From Dubosiella newyorkensis (lineage in GTDB: Bacteria; Bacillota_I; Bacilli_A; Erysipelotrichales; Erysipelotrichaceae): a stretch of 32,000 nt of DNA. The DNA is taken from contig NZ_MPKA01000052.1 of assembly GCF_001945605.1 (NCBI RefSeq), forward strand, positions 1-32,000, in the 5' to 3' direction. The notes under the pieces were generated by a model. The model was given only the letters and a program-made list of their open reading frames with translations. It was not told the origin of the DNA and searched no databases. Positions within the stretch are counted from its first letter, which is position 1. Each line of letters opens with the position of its first letter. A program made the translations under genes and the position numbers. Positions 1-7,139 of the stretch are shown one piece after another.

Positions 1-284
1 TGGACAACGGAAGTCTGCCGATGACCAATTCGCTTGCCGAAAGGACGATCCGAAATTTTGCGGTAGGAAGAAACAATTGGCTGTTTTCGGGAAGTCCTAG
101 AGGAGCCAAGGCTTGCGGAGTGCTCTATTCGATCGTAGAAAGCGCCAAAGCCAATGGGCTGATCCCTTACAAATACATCCTTCACCTTTTAAAAGAACTT
201 TCAAGACATGCTGGAAAGCTGACCAGCGAAATACTGGAGGAATGTATGCCTTGGAATCCAAATTTGATCAGCATATGCCAATAA
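1..284 (+). CDS. IS66-family transposase, C-terminal part (gene begins upstream of the window)
   Basis: The frame is open from base 3 (DNGSLPMTNSLAERTIRNFAVGRNNWLFSGSPRGAKA...VESAKANGLIPYKYILHLL). This NxxE(R)xIR...GRKNWLF...G block is the conserved C-terminus of IS66 transposases. Stop codon at 282-284. Confidence 0.8.
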   Translation, partial: DNGSLPMTNSLAERTIRNFAVGRNNWLFSGSPRGAKACGVLYSIVESAKANGLIPYKYILHLLKELSRHAGKLTSEILEECMPWNPNLISICQ

Positions 285-292
285 AAACAAAG

Positions 293-340
293 ACGCTCAT
301 CGCAGGCAGAGATATTGTCTCTGATTCGATGAGCGTTTTC
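293..340 (+). terminator. Hairpin downstream of the transposase stop
   Basis: A 10-bp stem, ACGCTCATCG (293-302) with CGATGAGCGT (327-336), contains an inner CAGAGA/TCTCTG stem and is followed by TTTTC. Confidence 0.45.
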
Positions 341-366
341 TATACGCTGTTTTATTTCCCGCTTAC

Positions 367-401
367 AAAAAAAGCGAAAACGGATTGGATCATCCATTTT
401 C
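367..401 (-). terminator. Rho-independent terminator of the surface-appendage operon
   Basis: The minus strand reads GAAAATGGATGATCCAATCCGTTTTC followed by GCTTTTTTT. It lies 10 nt after the stop of the 412-1386 gene, and its T-tract abuts the IS end at 366. Confidence 0.6.
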
Positions 402-411
402 ACTTTTATTC

Positions 412-1386
412 TTATTCTTGATCCTCTTTGTGAAGGCGTTTCAACACTTCGTCTTCCGCTTTCTTTTTACGATAGAAATAGTAGCCTCCTCCCGCAAGCG
501 CGATCAAGGCCAATACGATCAAACCGATCATCCAAGGATTGATGGATGATGATTTTGTTTGGTTGTTCGTCGCTGGCTTTGAATTCGGTCCGGCCAATGG
601 CACATCTTCTTCGTCTAGATCAATAAGATCTTGCGGTTGTTGAGGGGTCGTTGGCGTCGTTCCTTCCTCTGTTGGTGTTTGATCTTGTCCTGGCGTAGTC
701 GTTTGATCTTCTGCCGGCGTCGTTCCTTCCTCTGTTGGTGTTTGATTGTCTGGCGTTGTTGGCGCTGCCGGTGTTGTTGGTTGCGTAGGTGTGGTAGGCG
801 TGGTTGGTTGAGCCGGTGTCGCTGGAGTTGTCGTTTGCGGCTGTTCGATTGGCGCATACACGAACGTGAATTGGTTTTCGGCCGCGTTGGCGCTTAACGT
901 GCGAACAAGATTGTAGGCTTGAGGCAAATACCCTTCAAAGTATCGATAGGCCACGACAGGACGATCGCCTACGTTGCCATAAAACGTTTGTGGTTGCGCT
1001 AACGCATTGCCTGCCTGATCGACGTATTGGATCGTATACTGGGTGCCTTCGCCCTTGATTCCATACACGATCACAAAGTCAGCATCTTCTTTGGCGATGG
1101 CAGGAAGTGGCTGCGCCATCGTGTTATTGTCTTTTCCGCTTTCTTTGAAGCCTTTGACATAGTACTTGTCATTGTCGAGTTGCACGCGCTCTAAAGAAAA
1201 CAAGTCACTTATTGAAGCGCCTGGCTGCACGATCGTTTCGACCATTTCTTGTCCGTCGATCGTTCCTTGTTTTCCCGAATAGATCCGGATCGTATACGGA
1301 TACGAACTCTCTTCCGCGCGAATCGGTAAGAAAGAAAAACAAAAGAAGAAAACGCTCAGCAAAGAAAAGAGTAATTTTTTCTTCAT
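412..1386 (-). CDS. Secreted surface protein with a MucBP-like domain, a Pro/Thr-rich stalk and a C-terminal TM anchor
   Basis: Signal peptide MKKKLLFSLLSVFFFCFSFLPIRA. The block YTIQYVDQAGNALAQPQTFYGNVGDRPVVAYRYFEGYLPQAYN...FTFVY matches the MucBP pattern. A long P/T/Q/E-rich linker follows, then the TM helix WMIGLIVLALIALAGGGYYFY and a basic/acidic tail. There is no LPXTG. Only a 1-nt gap separates it from the upstream gene. Confidence 0.6.
   Translation of the reverse strand: MKKKLLFSLLSVFFFCFSFLPIRAEESSYPYTIRIYSGKQGTIDGQEMVETIVQPGASISDLFSLERVQLDNDKYYVKGFKESGKDNNTMAQPLPAIAKEDADFVIVYGIKGEGTQYTIQYVDQAGNALAQPQTFYGNVGDRPVVAYRYFEGYLPQAYNLVRTLSANAAENQFTFVYAPIEQPQTTTPATPAQPTTPTTPTQPTTPAAPTTPDNQTPTEEGTTPAEDQTTTPGQDQTPTEEGTTPTTPQQPQDLIDLDEEDVPLAGPNSKPATNNQTKSSSINPWMIGLIVLALIALAGGGYYFYRKKKAEDEVLKRLHKEDQE
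653..746. repeat. Perfect 31-bp direct repeat with a 63-bp period inside the PT-rich linker
   Basis: GGCGTCGTTCCTTCCTCTGTTGGTGTTTGAT occurs at 653-683 and again at 716-746. On the minus strand it encodes the repeated peptide (Q)TPTEEGTTP. Confidence 0.9.
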
Positions 1387-1387
1387 A

Positions 1388-2125
1388 TTATCGATTCTCC
1401 TTTCGCGCTTTGATCCCGATCAAGGCAAGAAGAAGCAGTACGATCCCGCTCAAAAAGCTCAATAGAGTCCATGGTGTTTGGTTGGTTTTGGTGGATGTAT
1501 TGACTGGTCGAGTGCTTTCTCCTGTGGATGTGTTTGGTCGATTGCTTCCTTCTTCGACTGCGAACTGCATTTGCAGATCGGCTAGCGTGGATTGATAATC
1601 GTTGCCTTGGGTTTCTCCGTCTAGAGATACGCGCAATTCGATCTTTCCTTCTTGGCTTTTTTGCAGCGTGTCTAGATAAAACCATTGTTCCATCGATTGA
1701 TCGACGCCATGTAAGCCTTCGTTGTTTTGCGTACGATCTTCACCACCGACAGATTCAGAATCAAAGAGAGTTTGGACTCGTCCATTCACGCCTGTATACG
1801 TGAGCTTGTAGGTATAGGCGCCTCCTTGAGCGACGTTGACCGAGTCTTCTAATGAGCTTAAGATTTTATGAGACATATACCATTCGGTGGATTTGTTGTT
1901 TTGATTGTCCAGCTTGATTTGGAGGATAGCTTCGTCGCCTGGCTGCATTTGATAGATCGTATCGTCGATCGAACCGGTCGTAAAATTGCTTTCCATCTTT
2001 TCGTTTTTTGTGAATGTCACTTTCCAATCGTTTCCTCCAGGAATCGTTTGGGCAAAGGCAGGTTGGAAAAGAGCGCTCAATCCAAGCAAGGAAGCTAAAG
2101 AATATTTTATGAGTGTTTTATGCAT
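1388..2125 (-). CDS. TasA/camelysin-like secreted protein with a C-terminal TM anchor
   Basis: Sec signal peptide ending AFA|Q. MQPGDEAILQIKLDNQNN resembles the TasA LKPGDKLTKDFQFENNG strand. GNDYQSTLADLQMQFAVEE resembles the TasA C-terminal QNKYQGNSIKLQFSFEATQ. The protein ends in TPW plus the TM helix LLSFLSGIVLLLLALIGI and KARKENR. The family assignment is from memory of TasA only. Confidence 0.5.
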   Translation of the reverse strand: MHKTLIKYSLASLLGLSALFQPAFAQTIPGGNDWKVTFTKNEKMESNFTTGSIDDTIYQMQPGDEAILQIKLDNQNNKSTEWYMSHKILSSLEDSVNVAQGGAYTYKLTYTGVNGRVQTLFDSESVGGEDRTQNNEGLHGVDQSMEQWFYLDTLQKSQEGKIELRVSLDGETQGNDYQSTLADLQMQFAVEEGSNRPNTSTGESTRPVNTSTKTNQTPWTLLSFLSGIVLLLLALIGIKARKENR

Positions 2126-2140
2126 CGTTTTCCTTCCTTT

Positions 2141-2911
2141 CTAATTGCGCGACAAGGTCGTTCCATTGACTGCGATTTGTTTTCCCCATGAAGAATGGAT
2201 CGCTTCGGCTGCGTTGTGTTCTTGGATCGCATCGACTTTGGCTTCGACACAAAACTTTAATTTATCGTAAGTATAGTAGGATGTTGTGACTTTTTTTCCG
2301 TCTTCGATGGTTTCAACGACTTTTTTGTGTTCTTGCAGCTTGCCGTCGATCTTGATCGAGTCGATGAGTGGTGTTGTTTTCTTTCCGACTTCAAGCAAGT
2401 TTTTGTAGTAATAGACGGCTCGTTCGGCTGTGTCTTCGTCGATTTGGAACCAATCGTCTTTATTGACATAGTTGAGTTCGATCAAGTCTGGATCGAGAGT
2501 CGTGACTTTTTGGTCGTTTTCATCGAGCCAATATTTTGTGATCGTGACGCGAACGAATTCTGGGATCTGTCCTGAATTTTGAACTTCGAGCACGGTTGGA
2601 TAGCGTTTTCCAAGTTTGATATTTTCTTCCACATCACTGAAAAGTAGGCCGGTGTTTTGAATATCGTTGGCGTTGTTGTTTTCGTTCCAGTTTCCTTCGG
2701 ATTGATAGTCGCGGCTCGAAATGACTTTATCGTTTTCTAACAAACTTACACCAATTTGAGTGAGTTGGAGTCTTGAGTTGTAGGTTGGCGAAAAGTATGT
2801 GAGCGCGGCTTTTGTTGTTCCGATGCCGGATTGGATGAGCAAGACGGCTGCCAATACAAGTAGTGTGATCGTCGTTGCGGGTTTGGATAGAAAATCTTTG
2901 ATGTGTTTCAT
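2141..2911 (-). CDS. TasA/camelysin-family protein with a SipW-type signal peptide
   Basis: The N-terminus MKHIKDFLSKPATTITLLVLAAVLLIQSGIGTTKAALTYFS carries the A-x-x-Y/F-F-S/T motif typical of TasA-type signal peptides. The C-terminus has a KLKFCVEAKVDAIQ strand like the F-x-F-x-A-x-Q ending of the family. It overlaps the upstream gene by 4 nt. Confidence 0.55.
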   Translation of the reverse strand: MKHIKDFLSKPATTITLLVLAAVLLIQSGIGTTKAALTYFSPTYNSRLQLTQIGVSLLENDKVISSRDYQSEGNWNENNNANDIQNTGLLFSDVEENIKLGKRYPTVLEVQNSGQIPEFVRVTITKYWLDENDQKVTTLDPDLIELNYVNKDDWFQIDEDTAERAVYYYKNLLEVGKKTTPLIDSIKIDGKLQEHKKVVETIEDGKKVTTSYYTYDKLKFCVEAKVDAIQEHNAAEAIHSSWGKQIAVNGTTLSRN

Positions 2912-3420
2912 GATCTTCCTCCTCTTTCGATTTGTATCGCTTTGCCCCAGTTTGGCGAAAGGGCGTTGCCGTCTTCGTCAAATTCTACGGGTACCGATTC
3001 TGAAAGCACGACGACGTTGAATTCGGTTGGCGTGTTTTCTTGATCGGGTTCGATCTTGATCAACAAAGGGTTTGTGGATGTGTTTTGTTCTGTTAAATAG
3101 GTGTTGTAATAGTAATATCCATCATTTCCTTGGCTCCAGCCTTGGGATGGTGTGTAGGTCAATGTCGTGTTTGTTGGCGCGATCGCTAGTACACGGACAT
3201 AGACGGGTTGGGAGCCTTCTTCTAGAGTGACTGTCACGCTTTTTTGGAGTGGTCCTGGAATCTCTTCTTCAATTTTGGTTTCATGGCTTAAGTTGATTTC
3301 TTTGACGCCTCTTCCTGCTACGTAGGTTGTAAAGTAGGCGTAGGCTTGTGGGAGCGTAAAGAAAAGGATGCCGCATAATGCGAGGCAGGATAGTATCAAA
3401 TTCCACGTTCTTTTCATCAT
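2908..3420 (-). CDS. Small secreted protein with a TasA-type signal peptide
   Basis: MMKRTWNLILSCLALCGILFFTLPQAYAYFTTY carries the AYAYFT motif. It is 170 aa and has 4-nt ATGA-type overlaps with both neighbours, which suggests translational coupling. Confidence 0.45.
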   Translation of the reverse strand: MMKRTWNLILSCLALCGILFFTLPQAYAYFTTYVAGRGVKEINLSHETKIEEEIPGPLQKSVTVTLEEGSQPVYVRVLAIAPTNTTLTYTPSQGWSQGNDGYYYYNTYLTEQNTSTNPLLIKIEPDQENTPTEFNVVVLSESVPVEFDEDGNALSPNWGKAIQIERGGRS

Positions 3421-4433
3421 TGTCCTCCTCGGTCTTGTTCTAAGTCGTTGCCGTTGTTGGTGTACTGGTTTTTGATCGAGCTTCCGTGATGGTCGGTATT
3501 GTTCGAGTCGTTTTTAAACGAGACGGCACTGATTTCATCTCCGATTTGGGCGATCGTTCCCGTTTGGAGTTTTTCTTCGGTTGGAATGTACGAGGCGCCC
3601 GAATAGATTTCTGTGACTTCTACGTACGATCCGACAGGAATGCAATCAAGGATTTCGATCGTGTCGTTTCCGGAAGCGTTCATTACGATCGTTTCTACGT
3701 TTGAGTAGACGAGTTCACTTTTGGTTTCATCGGTGTAGGCGTCGATTTTATAGACGAAGGTGGCGGGTCCGTTGCCGTCGTGTCGTTCGAGTGTTTTGTG
3801 GATGCGGAGTGATCCGTTTCGAAGTTCTTGTTCGACTTTGAGCGTGATGGTCGTATCGTATTTCCAGTCGGTTGGGTTGGCGGTCGAGATTACGTCATCC
3901 ACTTTTTCTTTGGTTGGCAAGGAAAAGAGGATGGGTGTGTATAAATATTCATACTTCCCGGATTGGGAGATGGTGATCGTTTCTCCGCGCATGTTCTTTT
4001 TGGAATACGTTTCTAGATCGCTTCCTCTTGGTACGGCTAGATAGAGTCCGGATTCGATCGTTTCTTTCTCGTTCAGTCGTGTTTGGGTGATTGGTTGGAT
4101 CGATTGTTCGAGAATGAGGTCGAGCGCGTCGGAGGCGATACGAGTGTATTTGGTTTCGTCAAGTGTTTCTAAGTTTTCAAACTCGGAGGCGAGTGGTGAA
4201 AATTCTTCGTTGATCGAGAAGGAGTAGGTGTCATAGTTTGGATCGGGCACGATACTTCCTATCTTGTATAGGTCGATCTGTAAAGATGAGTTTTTGATGT
4301 CTTCATCGCCGGCATGGACAAATTCTACTGAGCATGGCACGCCGGTGTCGATGGCGAGTGTTTTTTGATGAAAACTAAAGCCGGCTATGAGGATGGAAGC
4401 AACGGCTAGGATCCATAGCTTTTTCTTTTTCAT
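3417..4433 (-). CDS. Secreted pilin-like protein with a CnaB-like C-terminal domain and no cell-wall sorting signal
   Basis: The tracked ORF starts at a GTG (4451). The ATG at 4433 (MKKKKLWILAVASILIAGFSF...) lies 8 nt after GGAAAGGA and is the more likely start. It has a signal peptide. The C-terminal block GSLRIHKT...ATFVYKI...VGSYVEVTEIY...AVSFKND has the K/E/N pattern of isopeptide-bonded stalk domains. Only 4 nt separate it from the sortase stop. Confidence 0.5.
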   Translation of the reverse strand: MKKKKLWILAVASILIAGFSFHQKTLAIDTGVPCSVEFVHAGDEDIKNSSLQIDLYKIGSIVPDPNYDTYSFSINEEFSPLASEFENLETLDETKYTRIASDALDLILEQSIQPITQTRLNEKETIESGLYLAVPRGSDLETYSKKNMRGETITISQSGKYEYLYTPILFSLPTKEKVDDVISTANPTDWKYDTTITLKVEQELRNGSLRIHKTLERHDGNGPATFVYKIDAYTDETKSELVYSNVETIVMNASGNDTIEILDCIPVGSYVEVTEIYSGASYIPTEEKLQTGTIAQIGDEISAVSFKNDSNNTDHHGSSIKNQYTNNGNDLEQDRGGQ

Positions 4434-4455
4434 AATCTTTTTCCTTTCCACTTTT

Positions 4456-5277
4456 CTATTTCTTAAAACGATCTTTCAAGAAGATCCATCCAACGAGGAA
4501 GAAGAGGATCGTTCCTGCGATAACGATGGCTACAAGATTTCGGTCGAACAAGGAGGCGTCTTGGCTTCCATCCCCTTCGAGGGCGTTTGGAACCCGATGA
4601 CCTCGCACAAGCAAACGATGGGAATTGATTCCATAGGGTGTACAGGTCACGAGTGTCATTAAATCTTGGCCTGGAACGATTTCAAGGTCGGATGTTTCTT
4701 CCGGAAGCACAGTGCGGATCTGATCGACTTCATAGGTCAATGTTTTTCCTAATACGCGAACCGTAAATGTGTCGCCTTCGACGAGCTTGGTAATGTCGGT
4801 AAACAGGCGGGCACTTGGTAGTCCTCGATGTCCAGATATGACGGCATGGGTGCTTTCTCCTCCAACAGGAAGCGAGCTTCCTTCAATGTGGCCCACATTT
4901 TTTTGGAGCAGGTCTTCATCTGTTCCATGAAAAATAGGCAAATTGATATTCGCTTTTGGGATGTTGACCGATCCCATCAATCCATCGTCGTTCACGTTCA
5001 ATGTTTTTTCATAAAGTTCATGCATTTCTTCGGAAGGAAAGTAGCGATTCTTTTCTTCCAGAAGCAGTTGGTTGTATTTGACGGCGTCGGCATACATCAG
5101 TTCAAGATCTTCTTCTTGAAGCTTAGCGACCGCTTCGTCGTATGTCGCGACAGCACGGGCCGCATACATTTCATTCCACCAATTGGCGATTGTAGGATAC
5201 AACAGCAAGGACAGGCCTACCGTGAAAGCCACAATCAGCAGAATTGTCGTAAAATTCTTTTGTATGTATTTTTTCAT
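4456..5277 (-). CDS. srtC: Class C (pilus-polymerising) sortase
   Basis: It has an N-terminal TM helix, the block GSVNIPKANINLPIFHGT, HAVISGHRG, the catalytic motif TLVTCTPYGINSHRLLVRG, and a second C-terminal TM helix typical of class C sortases. Confidence 0.9.
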   Translation of the reverse strand: MKKYIQKNFTTILLIVAFTVGLSLLLYPTIANWWNEMYAARAVATYDEAVAKLQEEDLELMYADAVKYNQLLLEEKNRYFPSEEMHELYEKTLNVNDDGLMGSVNIPKANINLPIFHGTDEDLLQKNVGHIEGSSLPVGGESTHAVISGHRGLPSARLFTDITKLVEGDTFTVRVLGKTLTYEVDQIRTVLPEETSDLEIVPGQDLMTLVTCTPYGINSHRLLVRGHRVPNALEGDGSQDASLFDRNLVAIVIAGTILFFLVGWIFLKDRFKK

Positions 5278-5374
5278 GTAGGACTCTCCTTACCATTGCG
5301 GCAAGAGAAAGAGCAGTAAAAGCTCTTCTCTCTAACAATGGCTAATCAACTTTAAACAAAATCTTTTTAAGATC

Positions 5375-7036
5375 TTATCCTTCGTTGCTCATTCTTTTTT
5401 TCGTGATCAACAAGATCGCAGAACCTACTAGGAGCACTCCACCGATCACGTAGAGCATTGTGGTTCCCATGCCACCAGTTTCAGGGAGGGTAGTTCCTTT
5501 GGTGTTTAAGATGTTTCCGGTAACAACACCTGTATTTGTATCCCCGGTTCCACTTGTACCATCGACAGTCATAGTTAAATCAGTAACACTACTTCCATCA
5601 TGATCTGCAGTGATTTTTATTTCAAATGGATTTGCTGGAGTATTGTATCCAGTTGGTGCAACAACCTCATATAACTTATAATCACCAGCATCTAAACCAA
5701 TAATGCTAAATGTTCCATCTTTCGCAGACTTAATATTTCCTTCCTTTGGAAGACTCTCTTTTTTTCCATCCCATTTTGTCCACATAGTAATCTTGCCATT
5801 AGTTACTAAGGCATATTCATTATTGTTTCTAGTAATGATAAATTCAGCACCTTCTAATTTTTCGGTTGTTAAAGCTCCATCCACTTTAGTCCCATTTAAT
5901 GTAAAGTTATATACATAAACCGTTTTTTCTGTTGTTTCCCCATCTCCACCAGTATTTGGATTATTAGAATATTCTAGCTTTACTTTATTGTTTTCTTGGA
6001 AAGCAGCACTACTATTTAAAGTCGCTGTATATTCAATAACAATAAAATCACCTGCTGTAATATATCGTTTAGAGGAACCATATGGAGTAGTTTTTAAATC
6101 TGGTAAATTTACTGAAAAGCTTCCTCCGCCATTATCCAATGTTTCATCAGTTAAAGTATAATGGTTACTACCAATCAAATTGGTTTTTACCAACCCTTCC
6201 TCATCGTATGTTAAAACACCGTTAACTTCTTTTGCAGACACGCTATATACTTTTATATCATCATTAAATGATAATCCGTTAGATAAAGTATCTATAAAAT
6301 TAAACTTATATGTATCATAATGAGTCATATCTGGAACTTGAGCAGATAGTCTAAATGTAATGCTATCTCCAATACTATAGTCAGCTGAATTACCAAAACC
6401 TTGACTCTTTCCATTTTCTTTATCCTCGACTTCTTTGGTTACATCAACATCTTCTGTTTTAGGTTTAATCGTAATATCACCTACTACTTGAAGAACTGCT
6501 GGGTTTACAGAACCCGTAGTAGTCTCATCAACGATCAAGTAATATCCATCTTGAACAAGTGCAGAATATTCACCATTTTCGGGTTTCAACACTGTTTTAT
6601 CAACGTTATCAGGAATCTTTTTATCTTCAGCATCATTATCTGCTAATACATCATAGATAACCTTTGCTAACTTAATTCCTTGGTCATCGGTAAAACCATC
6701 AAGTGCTTTAGCAACTTCTTTTGCTTCTGATGTAGTTTTAAGTTTTTTAACAGCATCAACATCTGTGAAGTTATTTTTAAGACTATTAATCAATGTTGTT
6801 TCTGCCTGTGCACTTGTAATTGCGTCACCCCAAGTTACATCAGCTAAAACTTCATCAGGAGTATCTCCTGATTTTGTTCCTTTAAAAATTTGATAAGCAG
6901 TAAATGTACGCCCAGACAAATTAGTTTTTCCTGTTTCAGTTTCGACTGTAACCTTCGCTGCCGAAACAGAAGTCGTTAATGCAAAAGCCATCGCTAATGC
7001 AACAACACTTCCAAACAATTTTTTAATCATTTTCAT
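5375..7036 (-). CDS. LPXTG-anchored major (shaft) pilin
   Basis: It has a signal peptide and an E-box-like YKLYEVVAPTGYN. A candidate pilin-motif lysine sits in GDITIKPKTED. The sorting signal is LPETGG followed by a hydrophobic helix and KKRMSNEG. The gene lies between the adhesin and the class C sortase. Confidence 0.8.
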   Translation of the reverse strand: MKMIKKLFGSVVALAMAFALTTSVSAAKVTVETETGKTNLSGRTFTAYQIFKGTKSGDTPDEVLADVTWGDAITSAQAETTLINSLKNNFTDVDAVKKLKTTSEAKEVAKALDGFTDDQGIKLAKVIYDVLADNDAEDKKIPDNVDKTVLKPENGEYSALVQDGYYLIVDETTTGSVNPAVLQVVGDITIKPKTEDVDVTKEVEDKENGKSQGFGNSADYSIGDSITFRLSAQVPDMTHYDTYKFNFIDTLSNGLSFNDDIKVYSVSAKEVNGVLTYDEEGLVKTNLIGSNHYTLTDETLDNGGGSFSVNLPDLKTTPYGSSKRYITAGDFIVIEYTATLNSSAAFQENNKVKLEYSNNPNTGGDGETTEKTVYVYNFTLNGTKVDGALTTEKLEGAEFIITRNNNEYALVTNGKITMWTKWDGKKESLPKEGNIKSAKDGTFSIIGLDAGDYKLYEVVAPTGYNTPANPFEIKITADHDGSSVTDLTMTVDGTSGTGDTNTGVVTGNILNTKGTTLPETGGMGTTMLYVIGGVLLVGSAILLITKKRMSNEG

Positions 7037-7139
7037 GAATTTATTCCTTTCTTTAATTTCTCAAAAAACATGAGTTTATAACTTTCTTGTTATAATCCCT
7101 TTCATAAAGTTAAATAAATGAACTCTCTATTCTATTCCC

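Larger units (their letters stand above)
1..366 (+). mobile_element. Right (3') end of an IS66-family insertion sequence
   Basis: The transposase 3' end is followed by a hairpin, and the sequence ...TTTCCCGCTTAC ends at 366. IS66-family terminal inverted repeats characteristically begin 5'-GTAAGCG (here read on the complement). The left end is outside the window, so the inverted repeat and target duplication cannot be confirmed. Confidence 0.55.

Noticed and set aside
113-421. ORFs 113-421 (+) and 182-403 (-) spanning the IS end and the operon terminator.
   Set aside because: They overlap the well-supported IS66 transposase frame, then run through a terminator hairpin and the IS terminus. 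They have no RBS, and their translations have no recognisable features.
615-897. ORFs 615-857 (-) and 631-897 (+) with R/Q/K-rich or C/R/W-rich translations.
   Set aside because: They are alternative-frame or antisense readings of the Pro/Thr-rich repeat of the 412-1386 gene, so they are artefacts of a low-complexity repeat.
5278-5374. Imperfect hairpin (GAGAAAGAGC ... GCTCTTCTCTC, about 5304-5334) between the pilin and sortase genes, as an internal attenuator setting the pilin-to-sortase ratio.
   Set aside because: The stem is bulged and no U-tract follows on the coding strand, so it cannot be distinguished from chance structure by eye.
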